A stretch of 64,000 bases of DNA, taken from a bacterium. GTDB taxonomy: Bacteria; Krumholzibacteriota; Krumholzibacteriia; G020349025. Location of the stretch: contig JANLSU010000056.1 of the NCBI GenBank assembly GCA_031362565.1, positions 1 to 64,000 on the forward strand. The letters run 5' to 3'. Under the pieces are notes generated by a model. It was not told where the DNA came from. It saw nothing but the letters and a program-made list of their open reading frames with translations, and made no database searches. This document shows, one piece after another, positions 49,053 to 58,149 of this stretch. Made by a program: the position numbers and the translations under genes. Numbering within the stretch: the stretch's first letter is position 1; every line of letters begins with the position of its first letter.

Positions 49053-50485
49053 GTTCGCACCGCCTTCGCATTTTGGTCGTGGACGACGAACCGGCGCAGC
49101 GCGCAGTGCTGGCCGAGATTCTCGCCGACCAAGGCCACGACACGGAAGTCGCCGCCAGCGGCTCGGAAGCGCTTGCGGCGCTCGAACTGCGGCCGTGCGA
49201 ACTCGTGATCACCGATCTGCGCATGATGGATGGTGACGGACTCGAACTGTTGCGCGCCGCGCGCCGGTTGATCCCTGACCTCGAAGTCGTGCTCATGACG
49301 GCGTACGCCACGGTGTCGACCGCGGTCGAGGCGATGAAAAGCGGTGCCGCCGACTACCTGCAGAAGCCGTTCCACAAGGATGAACTCGTAGAGCGCGTGC
49401 GGCGGCTCGCCGAACGCCGCGCTCTGCAACGCGAGAACCAGCGGTTGCGCGACGAAGTGGCGCCACGCCTGCATGGGGAATCGACGCCGATGCAGCGTCT
49501 CGTACGTCACATCGAGCGCCTGGCGTCGATTCCGGGCGACGTGCTGGTAAGCGGCGAGAGCGGCACCGGCAAGGAACTGGTGGCTCGCGCCCTGCACTAT
49601 CGCGGCACGCGTGCCAGCGGCCCCTTCGTGCCGGTCAACTGCGCGGCGATTCCGGAAGGCATCGCCGAGAGCGAGATCCTGGGCCACGAAAAGGGCGCCT
49701 TCACGCACGCCACGGCCGCCCGCACCGGCAAGTTCGAGCAAGCCGATGGCGGCACACTGTTTCTCGATGAAGTGAGCGCCATGCCGCTGGCACTGCAGGC
49801 GAAGCTGCTCCGGGTCCTGCAAGACCATGTCGTCGAACGCGTCGGATCCTCCAAAGCCCGGCATGTCGATGTGCGGGTCATCGCGGCTTCGAATCGTGAT
49901 CTGCGCGAGATGGTGCGGGCCGGAGTGTTTCGCGACGATCTGTACCACCGGCTGAACGTCCATGAACTGCATGTGCCGCCGCTCCGCGAGCGTGGCGCGG
50001 ATGTGCAGCTCTTGGCGGCAATCTTCCGCGACCGTGCTGCCGGGCGCTTCGCAGTGCCGTCGCCGCCTCTCGGGCCCGACTTGCAGCGCTTCTTCGCCAG
50101 CTATCCGTTCCCGGGCAACGTGCGCGAGCTCGAACATCTGATCGAAAAGATGGTCGTGCTCTGCGAAGGCGAAGCACTGGGAGTCGACGACTTGCCGCTC
50201 TCCGTGCGTGCCGCTTGGCGCGACTTGGGCGGCACGTCACAAGCGGTCGGCGGGCAAGTGCCCCCGGACCCGGAAGGCGCTGCCGGTGGGATGGGACGCC
50301 TGCGCCCCGAAGACCTGCTGCTCGACGGTCCGATTCAATTCTTCGAGGTGGAAAAACGCCTCATTGCCGAAGCCGTGCGGCGCTCGGGCGGCAACTGGAG
50401 CGAGGCGGCGCGGCAACTGGGGCTGTCGTACAAGACCCTGCGGTATCGCGCCGAGAAATTCGGACTCGCCGGCGACGGCAGCTGA
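49049..50485 (+). CDS. Sigma54-dependent response regulator (NtrC/AtoC family), 478 aa
   Basis: Receiver (VVDDE, TDLRM, KPF), AAA+ (GESGTGKE, GAFTHA, LFLDEV, FPGNVRELE) and a C-terminal Fis-type HTH. ATGA overlap with the kinase. Confidence 0.95.
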   Translation: MSSHRLRILVVDDEPAQRAVLAEILADQGHDTEVAASGSEALAALELRPCELVITDLRMMDGDGLELLRAARRLIPDLEVVLMTAYATVSTAVEAMKSGAADYLQKPFHKDELVERVRRLAERRALQRENQRLRDEVAPRLHGESTPMQRLVRHIERLASIPGDVLVSGESGTGKELVARALHYRGTRASGPFVPVNCAAIPEGIAESEILGHEKGAFTHATAARTGKFEQADGGTLFLDEVSAMPLALQAKLLRVLQDHVVERVGSSKARHVDVRVIAASNRDLREMVRAGVFRDDLYHRLNVHELHVPPLRERGADVQLLAAIFRDRAAGRFAVPSPPLGPDLQRFFASYPFPGNVRELEHLIEKMVVLCEGEALGVDDLPLSVRAAWRDLGGTSQAVGGQVPPDPEGAAGGMGRLRPEDLLLDGPIQFFEVEKRLIAEAVRRSGGNWSEAARQLGLSYKTLRYRAEKFGLAGDGS

Positions 50486-50635
50486 GCGGCGGCCGGCGCC
50501 CCCGCATCCACGGCGCAACATCGTGCCCGGTGACAACCGCGCCCGGATCTGCTGAAATCCAGCCAATGCATTCTCGCGCCGGCTCGGCTCACTGCGTTTC
50601 TGCTCCGCCGGACGACACCTTGGAGGAGGACCCCG

Positions 50636-51148
50636 ATGAACCATGCATCGCACCGGCTGCGCTCATTGCTCGTGTTTGCCGCCGCCGTTTCGTTGATCGC
50701 GACATCCGCCCTGGCCGGGAACGCGAAAGTCGCCGCCACCAAGGCGTTCAAGGCGCCAACCGGCTGGAAGGCTTTTGGAGCCGGCGTCTCGACCGCGCCC
50801 GTCGTGCCGGTCGCGACTCTGCTCCTATCCGCACCCGAGTATGCCGGCAAGCCGGTCGTCGTCGAAGGCCCCATCGCCGGTGTTTGCCAAAACAAAGGCT
50901 GCTGGCTCACCATGCTGCACGAGGGCAAGGAGATGCGCGTCCGGTTCAAGGACTACGCGTTCTTCGTGCCGAAGGATTGCGGCGGCAAGACGGCGCGTGT
51001 CGAGGGCGTGTTGGCGATCGAAAAGATCCCGGTCGACGAGGCCCGCCATTACCTGGAAGACGCCGGCAAGAACGACGAAGCCGCCAAGATCACCGAACCG
51101 GTCGACGGTTACACGTTCATGGCAAGCGGCGTGCTGCTGCAGAAGTAA
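50636..51148 (+). CDS. DUF4920 family exported protein, 170 aa
   Basis: GGAGGAGG SD, signal peptide, VCQ.KGCW, RFKDY.FFVP and HYLEDAG motifs. Confidence 0.85.
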   Translation: MNHASHRLRSLLVFAAAVSLIATSALAGNAKVAATKAFKAPTGWKAFGAGVSTAPVVPVATLLLSAPEYAGKPVVVEGPIAGVCQNKGCWLTMLHEGKEMRVRFKDYAFFVPKDCGGKTARVEGVLAIEKIPVDEARHYLEDAGKNDEAAKITEPVDGYTFMASGVLLQK

Positions 51149-51151
51149 CCG

Positions 51152-52777
51152 ATGTCTGGGATGGGCAGGCGGGCGTGGATCGGGATCGCGGTCGTCGCAT
51201 TCGCACTATTGCAATGGCTGCGATGGCCTGAGCCGCTCGGCATCGACCAGAGTCTCTTCGCGTTGTACGGCCGCTGGATGACTCGTGGTCTGGCGCTCTA
51301 CCGCGATCTTTGGGACAGCAAACCACCCGGGATCTTCGCCGCCTATGCGGTTGCGGGCGGCCTCGCTGGCGCCACGCATGCGGCGTGGTTCCTCGATCTC
51401 ATCGTCGGCGTTGCGACCGCGATCTTGGCTGCCAAGCTGGTTGCGGATCGCATATCGCGAGCCACCGCCGGCGCCGGATCGCTGGACCGCGACCCCCGCA
51501 TCGCCGCCTCGGCCGCGGCGCTCTGTGCTGCCTTCATTTGGAGCGCGCCGGTGTTCGGCGGCCCCCTCGTCGCTGGGCAAGCGGAATCGTGCATGGCGCC
51601 ACTTCTACTGGGCGCGGCGGTGCTCGCCACACGCCGGGGCACGGGCACCGCGATTGCTTGTGGCGTTCTCCTTGGAACTGCGGCAACGCTAAAGCTCGTT
51701 GCACTTTTTGCGTTGCCTGTTGCATGGTTGTATGCGCCGCCCGCGGCCCGGCGTGATGGGCGGCGTACGATCGCCGTCGCGATTGGCATCGCGGCACCGC
51801 TCGTCGTAACGATCGTGGCGCTTGCGGCGCGCGGCGTGCTGCACGACGCCGTGCAGGCGGTCCTGGTGTACCCGCGTGCTTACGCCGCGGAGATTGCGAG
51901 CCGTTCGGCCCTTGCCGGCGTGCTCGCCCGCGGCGGCACGCGGCTTTTCCGCGGCATTCCTCTGGCGCTGTTTTTTGCCGCGGCGGGTGCCACGGCATGG
52001 CGCTCGGAGCGGCGCGTCGCGCCGACGCTCATTTGGCTGGGGCTTGCCGCCGCCGGCGTGGCGGTGCAGCGGCAAGTGGCCGGCTATCATCTGCTTTTCT
52101 TGATGCCGCCGTTGTGCATTCTCGCCGGCATCGGCGCGCCGCGCGTCGTGCATGCACTCGCTGCGGCATGGCGCGCGACCCAAGCCCGCGACGCTCGCGG
52201 CACCGGCGCACTGACGGGGCTTGCGCTCGTGATTGCGCTCGCGACCGCCGTCGAAGCCCGCTTGTGGATTCGCCACTACACGCCGCATGTCGTGCATCGC
52301 ACGGGCGGCATGGATCGCGCAACTTTCTTGCAGCGCCTCGGCGGCCCCGGTCCGCTTTGGGCGGAAGCCGAAACCATCGCTGCCTCGATCCGGGCGACGC
52401 GGAGCACAGACAACGCCGCGAACCCGGGCCGCGAGTCCATGCTCGTTTGGGGTTTGGCGCCGTCGTTGTACTTGCTCGGTGATTGCCGCCCGGCAACGCG
52501 CTACGCGTTCCATCAAACGTTCTACGTTCTCGACTCACCCTTGTCGTTGCGCTGGCCCGATGCCGTCACGCGCCGCAACGACCTTTTGGCGCTGATACAG
52601 CACGACCCACCGCGTTGGATCGTCGTCGTGCGCGGCGACCGTTCCGGGCTCGAAGCACAAGATTCAGCGCACGAGTTACAACTCTTCCCCGCCTTGGCGC
52701 AGCACATCGATCGCGACTACGAACCCCGCGTCACAACGGCCTCTTACACGCTGCTGCTGCAAAAGCCGATGAATTGA
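51152..52777 (+). CDS. Membrane glycosyltransferase-like protein (GT-C/GT39-like), 541 aa
   Basis: D..LF...G......LYRDLWD.KPPG first-loop motif, many TMs, G...LK, and a C-terminal soluble domain with VWG..P.LY. Confidence 0.75.
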   Translation: MSGMGRRAWIGIAVVAFALLQWLRWPEPLGIDQSLFALYGRWMTRGLALYRDLWDSKPPGIFAAYAVAGGLAGATHAAWFLDLIVGVATAILAAKLVADRISRATAGAGSLDRDPRIAASAAALCAAFIWSAPVFGGPLVAGQAESCMAPLLLGAAVLATRRGTGTAIACGVLLGTAATLKLVALFALPVAWLYAPPAARRDGRRTIAVAIGIAAPLVVTIVALAARGVLHDAVQAVLVYPRAYAAEIASRSALAGVLARGGTRLFRGIPLALFFAAAGATAWRSERRVAPTLIWLGLAAAGVAVQRQVAGYHLLFLMPPLCILAGIGAPRVVHALAAAWRATQARDARGTGALTGLALVIALATAVEARLWIRHYTPHVVHRTGGMDRATFLQRLGGPGPLWAEAETIAASIRATRSTDNAANPGRESMLVWGLAPSLYLLGDCRPATRYAFHQTFYVLDSPLSLRWPDAVTRRNDLLALIQHDPPRWIVVVRGDRSGLEAQDSAHELQLFPALAQHIDRDYEPRVTTASYTLLLQKPMN

Positions 52778-52801
52778 GCACCGCTCCGGCGCTGCCCCAC
52801 G

Positions 52802-52839
52802 CAAAAAGAGGGGGGGCTGCTTTTCGCTGCCGCCCTCCC
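52802..52839 (-). terminator. Probable intrinsic terminator downstream of speA
   Basis: Imperfect GC-rich hairpin followed by a T5 run on the minus strand, between convergent genes. Confidence 0.5.
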
Positions 52840-52868
52840 AAGGACGTCGTGCCTGTCTGGACTACCCC

Positions 52869-54944
52869 TCAGGGCGTAAACCGGCGCCTGGTCCGCGGTC
52901 GCACCGCTGTCGGCTCCACCGGCACCGTCTCGGCACTGACGATCTGCGGCGGCGCCAGCCGGTCGATCTCGCTGCCGGCGTGCGGCACCATGGTGAGCCC
53001 CGCCGAGCCGCTGCCGAGTTGGACGCCGGCGAGCGTCGCCGGATCCTCTTCGAGGTAGGTGTAGCCGGACATTCCCTCTTCGAAGCGGCGCATGAGCAGC
53101 GCTGACTCCTCGAAGGTCAGCAGTCCCTTGCGGAGCGCCTCTTCGTTCGCCTGGCGCATGCGCGCCGAGAGATTGCGGCGGTCGTACTGCACGTAGCCCA
53201 ACACTTCGCCGACCGAGTCGCCTTCCACCACGTGCTCGATCCGGTAACCGTTGTGATCGAGTGATACGTGCACGGCATTCGTGTCACCGAACAAGTTGTG
53301 CAGGTCGCCGAGGATTTCCTGATAGGCGCCGACCAAGAACATTCCCAAGTAGTACGGGCTGCCGTCGAAGGTATGCAACTCGAGGCATTCCTTGACGCTC
53401 CGCAGATCGATGAACTGGTCGACCTTGCCGTCCGAATCGCACGTCAGGTCGGCGATGATGCCACGGCGCGTCGGCCGCTCGTTCAAACGGTGCAGCGGCA
53501 TGGTCGGAAAGAGCTGTTTGACGGCCCAATGGTCCGGCGCCGACTGGAACACGGAGAAATTCCCGTAGTACGTGTCCGACAAACCCTTCTCGAGGTTTTC
53601 CAGATCGTCCGGCACGTAGTCCAAGTCGCGAATGATCTTGAGGATGGCTTCGCAACAGCCCCAAAACAATTGCTCCACCCGGGCCCGGGCCCGCAGGTCG
53701 AGTAGTCCCAAGTTGAAGAGGTTCGTCGCCTCTTCCTTGAGCTGCAGTGCGTCGTGGTACGACTCCTGGAAGTTCTTCCGCGACACGCCGCGCCAGGCTT
53801 CGGCCAGACTCTGGATGACCTGCGGCTCGTCGGCGCCCACCTGCGGCGGCACCTGCCCGGCGACCACTTCGTTGACGTCCAGCACGTTGAATACGAGCAC
53901 CGAATGGTGCGCGACGAGCGCCCGGCCCGACTCGCTGACGATGTCCGGATGCGGGATGCCGGACTTGTCGCAACCTTCGAGGATCGCCGCAACGACGTCG
54001 TTGGCATATTCCTGCGTCGTGTAATTGGTCGACGATGACCAGTTGGTGGACGAGCCGTCGTAGTCGACGCCCAGACCGCCGCCGACATCCATGAATTTGA
54101 GGCTGGCACCCGATTTCGCCAGTTCCACGAAGACGCGCGTCGCTTCGCGCATCGCATCCTTGATGGCACGCACCGCCGAAATCTGCGAGCCGATGTGGAA
54201 ATGCACCAGCTCGAGACAATCCAGCATCTGTGTGTCGCGCAGCTTGTCGACGAGATTCACCATCTCCGTCGCGGTGAGCCCGAACTTCGAGCGATCACCC
54301 GTCGACTCCATCCACTTGCCGGCGCCCTTGGTGGTCAGCTTGGCGCGCACGCCGATGTGGGGGCGAATACCAAGCCGGCGCGACACCTGCAGAACGAGGT
54401 CGAGCTCGCGATAGCGATCGATGACGATGATGGGATAGCGCCCGAGCTTCTGCGCCAACAATGCCGTCTCGACGTATTCGACGTCTTTGTAGCCGTTCAA
54501 GATGAGCAGTGCGTCGGGATTGTCGAGCAGTGTCAGGCCGGCGAGCAGTTCCGGCTTGGAACCGGCCTCCAGGCCCAAGTTGAACGGGCGTCCGAAGCGC
54601 ACCAACTCTTCCACGACTTGATGCTGTTGATTGACCTTGATCGGATAGACGCCGCGGTAGCGGCCTCGATATCCGTAGTCGCGAATCGCGCTCTCGAAGC
54701 AACCGACGAGCATGCGAATGCGGCTGTCGAGAATGTCGGAGAAGCGCACCAGCAACGGCAGTCCCAATCCGCGCCGCTGCACGTCGAGCACCAGCTCATA
54801 CAGGTCCACACTCGGACCATCCGGGCCGAGCGGTGTCGAGTCGACGTGGCCCGCATCGTTGACGCGGAAGAACCCAGCGGACCAACCGGCGACGTTATAC
54901 AGCTCGGCCGAATCCTTGAGGGTCCATTGCCGGATCTCTTTCAA
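52869..54944 (-). CDS. speA: Biosynthetic arginine decarboxylase, 691 aa
   Basis: YPIKVNQ (PLP lysine), GLEAGSKPEL, NGYKD, HFHIGSQI, DVGGGLGVDYDG, ESGRA, LTCDSDG and GAYQEILGDLHNLFG. TTG start with an AGGAG SD. Confidence 0.96.
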   Translation of the reverse strand: MKEIRQWTLKDSAELYNVAGWSAGFFRVNDAGHVDSTPLGPDGPSVDLYELVLDVQRRGLGLPLLVRFSDILDSRIRMLVGCFESAIRDYGYRGRYRGVYPIKVNQQHQVVEELVRFGRPFNLGLEAGSKPELLAGLTLLDNPDALLILNGYKDVEYVETALLAQKLGRYPIIVIDRYRELDLVLQVSRRLGIRPHIGVRAKLTTKGAGKWMESTGDRSKFGLTATEMVNLVDKLRDTQMLDCLELVHFHIGSQISAVRAIKDAMREATRVFVELAKSGASLKFMDVGGGLGVDYDGSSTNWSSSTNYTTQEYANDVVAAILEGCDKSGIPHPDIVSESGRALVAHHSVLVFNVLDVNEVVAGQVPPQVGADEPQVIQSLAEAWRGVSRKNFQESYHDALQLKEEATNLFNLGLLDLRARARVEQLFWGCCEAILKIIRDLDYVPDDLENLEKGLSDTYYGNFSVFQSAPDHWAVKQLFPTMPLHRLNERPTRRGIIADLTCDSDGKVDQFIDLRSVKECLELHTFDGSPYYLGMFLVGAYQEILGDLHNLFGDTNAVHVSLDHNGYRIEHVVEGDSVGEVLGYVQYDRRNLSARMRQANEEALRKGLLTFEESALLMRRFEEGMSGYTYLEEDPATLAGVQLGSGSAGLTMVPHAGSEIDRLAPPQIVSAETVPVEPTAVRPRTRRRFTP

Positions 54945-55003
54945 CTTGGCTTCTCCTCGGAATCACGTTTGGGTGCGAGGGCCCTCTCGGGCACGCTTTT
55001 TCC

Positions 55004-55012
55004 ACAATAGCA
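55004..55012 (-). promoter_or_regulatory. Putative extended -10 promoter of speA inside an inverted repeat
   Basis: Minus-strand TGCTATTGT flanked by imperfect inverted-repeat arms at 54988-55003 and 55014-55025. Confidence 0.45.
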
Positions 55013-55059
55013 AGGAAAGCGCCCGGGGCGCGAGTCCCAACCCCCAACATCGAGAAAAC

Positions 55060-56643
55060 TTAACGTGGCGTCCGGGTCCCGGGTGCCGCGTCGAGGATCG
55101 CCCGGCCCCAGAGCAGCGGGTTGCCGAGCGGCTGCATGTCGAGCACCGCCGCCCAGGCGACTTCACCCGTATCGTCGGCGCGCGCGTCGCGCAGCACGAC
55201 GTTGAGCCCCAAAGTAATGTTGGCGACGAGCGAGTCGCGCCCCACGACCGGCACCAAAGCCTCGAAGGCCACTTCGCGCCGCAGGCGCCGGGTGGCGCAC
55301 CGGGGCGCGAGCCCGAGTGCGGCTGGCGCTGCGCAGGGCGCCACACCCGCCTCCGCGTCGATCGGCCGGAGTTCGAACCCGCCGCCGGACTCGAACACGC
55401 CCCAAGCCCGTTGATTCGCTTCGAGGCACGGGCGCGAACCGCCCGATCCACCCATCATGAGATAGAGCACCGGCTCGTCACGGTCCTCGGCGTCCACGGG
55501 CGCCGGAATCCAACGCGCGTACAGCAGCAAGCCCTGGGCGCACCAACCGGCACGCACTTCCACCGAGTCGACGGCCGCGGCATGTGCGGCTTGGCCACCT
55601 GACGGCGCCGGCGAGTCGTGATGGAACCGGTCGAACGTCAGACGCCCGGCGCTGCCGCGCCATTCGTTCGGAACGCCATCCACAACCGGCTCGACGTGCG
55701 GCAGGCGGACTTCCGGCGGCCGTGGCAGGTAGCGATCATGCGTTTGCAGGAACGAGATCGGGACGCAGTAGATCTCGCGCTGCTCGTTGGTGAACAGGAT
55801 GCGTTCACCGTCGAAGCACACGCCTTCGCACTGGCGGCCCTCGATGAGGGTGGCGTGTGCTTTGCCGGCTACGAAATCGTCGCCTTGGGGCGGGCGCTCG
55901 AATAAGTGCAGGTATTGATACGACAGCACCACGATCCGCTTGCCGTCGGCGGCGCAGTCGGCGCCGGTCACCGGGCTGCCGATATCGGCTTGGCCCAGGC
56001 GTTCGGCCACCTGCTCGCTCTCTTGAGCCGGATCGAGCCGGTAGAGCGTCGTCTGAATATCGCTCCGGTGCTTGGTCAGCAAGTAGAGGTGCCCGGCGTT
56101 CCAAAACACCGCTTCGCAATCGAAATTGAAATGCGCCGAGTCCGGAAACGCGGTTTGATCCGGATAGTGGAACGGGATGCGGCGTACGACCGGCACGTGC
56201 ACCGGCAGCGGCGATGGCGTGCGCGGGTCGGGCTCGTCGACGACGTACACGGCGAGATCGCGGCGGTTGTTGCGGTTGTTGCCGAAATCGCCGATGTAGA
56301 GGCGCCCGGCATCATCGATGGTGATGTCTTCCCAATCGACGTTGCGGGCGCCATCCACGGCGTATTCGTTCAGCAGCGCACCCTTGGCGTCGATGGCGAA
56401 GAAACGCGCCGTATCGCCCGAGTCGTTGTGGACCCACAGCACACCCGGAAACCGGCGGCTTTGGACGATGCCCGAGCACTCGTCGATGGACTTGGCGTTG
56501 ATGCGGGCGCACGCCGCCCAGGTGACATCCGCGGGTTCGCAGTCGAGAACAACCCCGACGGCGAGGAGCAAGGAGACGATGCTCCGCCTTTGGGGCGCGA
56601 ACCTGGGCAACCTCGACCTCCAAGACGGCACGGCCGCCGGCAT
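55060..56643 (-). CDS. Putative exported beta-propeller protein (SdiA-regulated/phytase-like) with a C-terminal CBM9/DOMON-like beta-sandwich
   Basis: ECSGI..S....LWVHNDSG, NVDWEDI, LYIGDFGNN, DCEA and QCEGVCF motifs. C-terminal P.VDG...EW. Exact start uncertain. Confidence 0.7.
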   Translation of the reverse strand: MPAAVPSWRSRLPRFAPQRRSIVSLLLAVGVVLDCEPADVTWAACARINAKSIDECSGIVQSRRFPGVLWVHNDSGDTARFFAIDAKGALLNEYAVDGARNVDWEDITIDDAGRLYIGDFGNNRNNRRDLAVYVVDEPDPRTPSPLPVHVPVVRRIPFHYPDQTAFPDSAHFNFDCEAVFWNAGHLYLLTKHRSDIQTTLYRLDPAQESEQVAERLGQADIGSPVTGADCAADGKRIVVLSYQYLHLFERPPQGDDFVAGKAHATLIEGRQCEGVCFDGERILFTNEQREIYCVPISFLQTHDRYLPRPPEVRLPHVEPVVDGVPNEWRGSAGRLTFDRFHHDSPAPSGGQAAHAAAVDSVEVRAGWCAQGLLLYARWIPAPVDAEDRDEPVLYLMMGGSGGSRPCLEANQRAWGVFESGGGFELRPIDAEAGVAPCAAPAALGLAPRCATRRLRREVAFEALVPVVGRDSLVANITLGLNVVLRDARADDTGEVAWAAVLDMQPLGNPLLWGRAILDAAPGTRTPR

Positions 56644-56741
56644 CCTACCGCAAGCCCTCGTCCTGTGGCACCGCTGCGGTTTTCACTTGGCACCGTCCCA
56701 TCACCCGTCACACTCTGCCCCCCAAAGGAGGCAGGGGCAAG

Positions 56742-58043
56742 ATGGCGGAGCACGGTTCGACGACGCGGCGCGACATGCTCCGGCTCGGGCTCTTGGCGTT
56801 GCCGGCGGCAGTCCTCTGGCGTGGCACCGCGGCGGCACAGGATTTTGTCGACGTCCCCATCGTCCCGGATGCGGCGCGCACTGATCCGCTAGACGATTTC
56901 TGGGAGCGCATCCCGGACGAATTCCCGCTCGACGCCAACACGCGGCATTTCAATACCGCGGGGCTGGGAATTGCGCCGCTCGCCGTCCTCGAGCGCACCC
57001 ATGCGGCCGCGGTGCGGGCGGCAACCGCAGGCGACGCCATGCGCGGCCAGCTCGACGACGCACGCGCCCGCCTCGGACGGTATCTGCACGCCCGGCCCGA
57101 GGAAATCGCCCTCGTTCGCAACGCCACCGAAGGCATGAACATCGTGGCGCGCGGTCTCGAGGTGCGGCGCGGCGACGAGATCGTCTTGACGACACATGAA
57201 CACCCGGGCGGCGCCGCGCCGTGGGTCGCGTTGCACCAAGATGCGGGCGTGACGCTGCGCTTGGTGGAACCACGCTTCGACGCGGCCGCGGATCAGGATG
57301 CCATCTGGGCGCAGGTGACGAAGCGCACGCGCGCCATCGTGCTGTCGCATGTGCTGAGCACCGTCGGTGCCGTGATGCCGGTCGAGGCGGTGGCCGCGGA
57401 AGCGCGGCGGCGCGGCATCTGGTGCATCGTCGATGGCGCGCAAGCGGCCGGGATGCTGCCCCTGGATCTGGCGGCCCTGGGCGCCGACTGTTACATGGCG
57501 AGCGGCCACAAATGGCTCTTGGGCCCGGTCGAGACCGGATTCCTGTGGGTGCGTCAGGAAAGATTGGCCGAGCTCCACACCCGGTTTGCCGGCGTGCACA
57601 CCGCCGACGCCGACGGCTGGGACCTGGACGCCGGGCGGATCGATTTCCTGACGGTTGCGAGCCGTTACGAATACGGCACCCGCAGCCCCTCTCAGGCCAG
57701 CGGCCTCGTGGCGGCTCTCGACTGGGTCGAGGCGCTGGGGCCGGCACTGGTGCGGGCCCGGTCGCTGGCGCTCGCCCAGCGGTTTAGGGCTGGAATCCAA
57801 GCCTTGCCGGGCATCGAGGTGCTGACGCCCGCGGCGGCCGCGCCGCAGGTGCCCATCGTCACCTTCCGCGTCACCCGGCGGCCGAACACCCAGGTCGTGG
57901 ACTGGCTCTGGAAAGAGCTCCAAATGCGGGTCCGCCTGGTCCCCGACCGGGGCCTGAACGGGGTCCGGGCTTCCTTCCACGTGGTGAACCGCGTCCCAGA
58001 CGTCGACTGGCTTATCGAGGCGGTCCGCACCCTCGGCGCGTGA
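56742..58043 (+). CDS. Class V PLP-dependent aminotransferase (cysteine desulfurase/isopenicillin N epimerase-like) with a Tat signal, 433 aa
   Basis: TTRRDML twin-arginine signal ending AAA|Q, RNATEG, EHP, VDGAQ..G, SGHKWL.GP (PLP lysine) and YEYGT. Confidence 0.88.
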   Translation: MAEHGSTTRRDMLRLGLLALPAAVLWRGTAAAQDFVDVPIVPDAARTDPLDDFWERIPDEFPLDANTRHFNTAGLGIAPLAVLERTHAAAVRAATAGDAMRGQLDDARARLGRYLHARPEEIALVRNATEGMNIVARGLEVRRGDEIVLTTHEHPGGAAPWVALHQDAGVTLRLVEPRFDAAADQDAIWAQVTKRTRAIVLSHVLSTVGAVMPVEAVAAEARRRGIWCIVDGAQAAGMLPLDLAALGADCYMASGHKWLLGPVETGFLWVRQERLAELHTRFAGVHTADADGWDLDAGRIDFLTVASRYEYGTRSPSQASGLVAALDWVEALGPALVRARSLALAQRFRAGIQALPGIEVLTPAAAAPQVPIVTFRVTRRPNTQVVDWLWKELQMRVRLVPDRGLNGVRASFHVVNRVPDVDWLIEAVRTLGA

Positions 58044-58068
58044 CCGGCCAGGCCGAAGTCCGTATACT
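58040..58068 (+). promoter_or_regulatory. Putative sigma70 promoter for the M20 peptidase
   Basis: GTGACC (58040-58045), 17-nt spacer, TATACT (58063-58068). Confidence 0.5.
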
Positions 58069-58149
58069 CCGGCGTCGTTGTCGCGGGCACCCCGAAGGGG
58101 GCTCGTGTTCGAGCATGTTCGCTTTCGTACCCATGGAGCAGGAGCCAGG

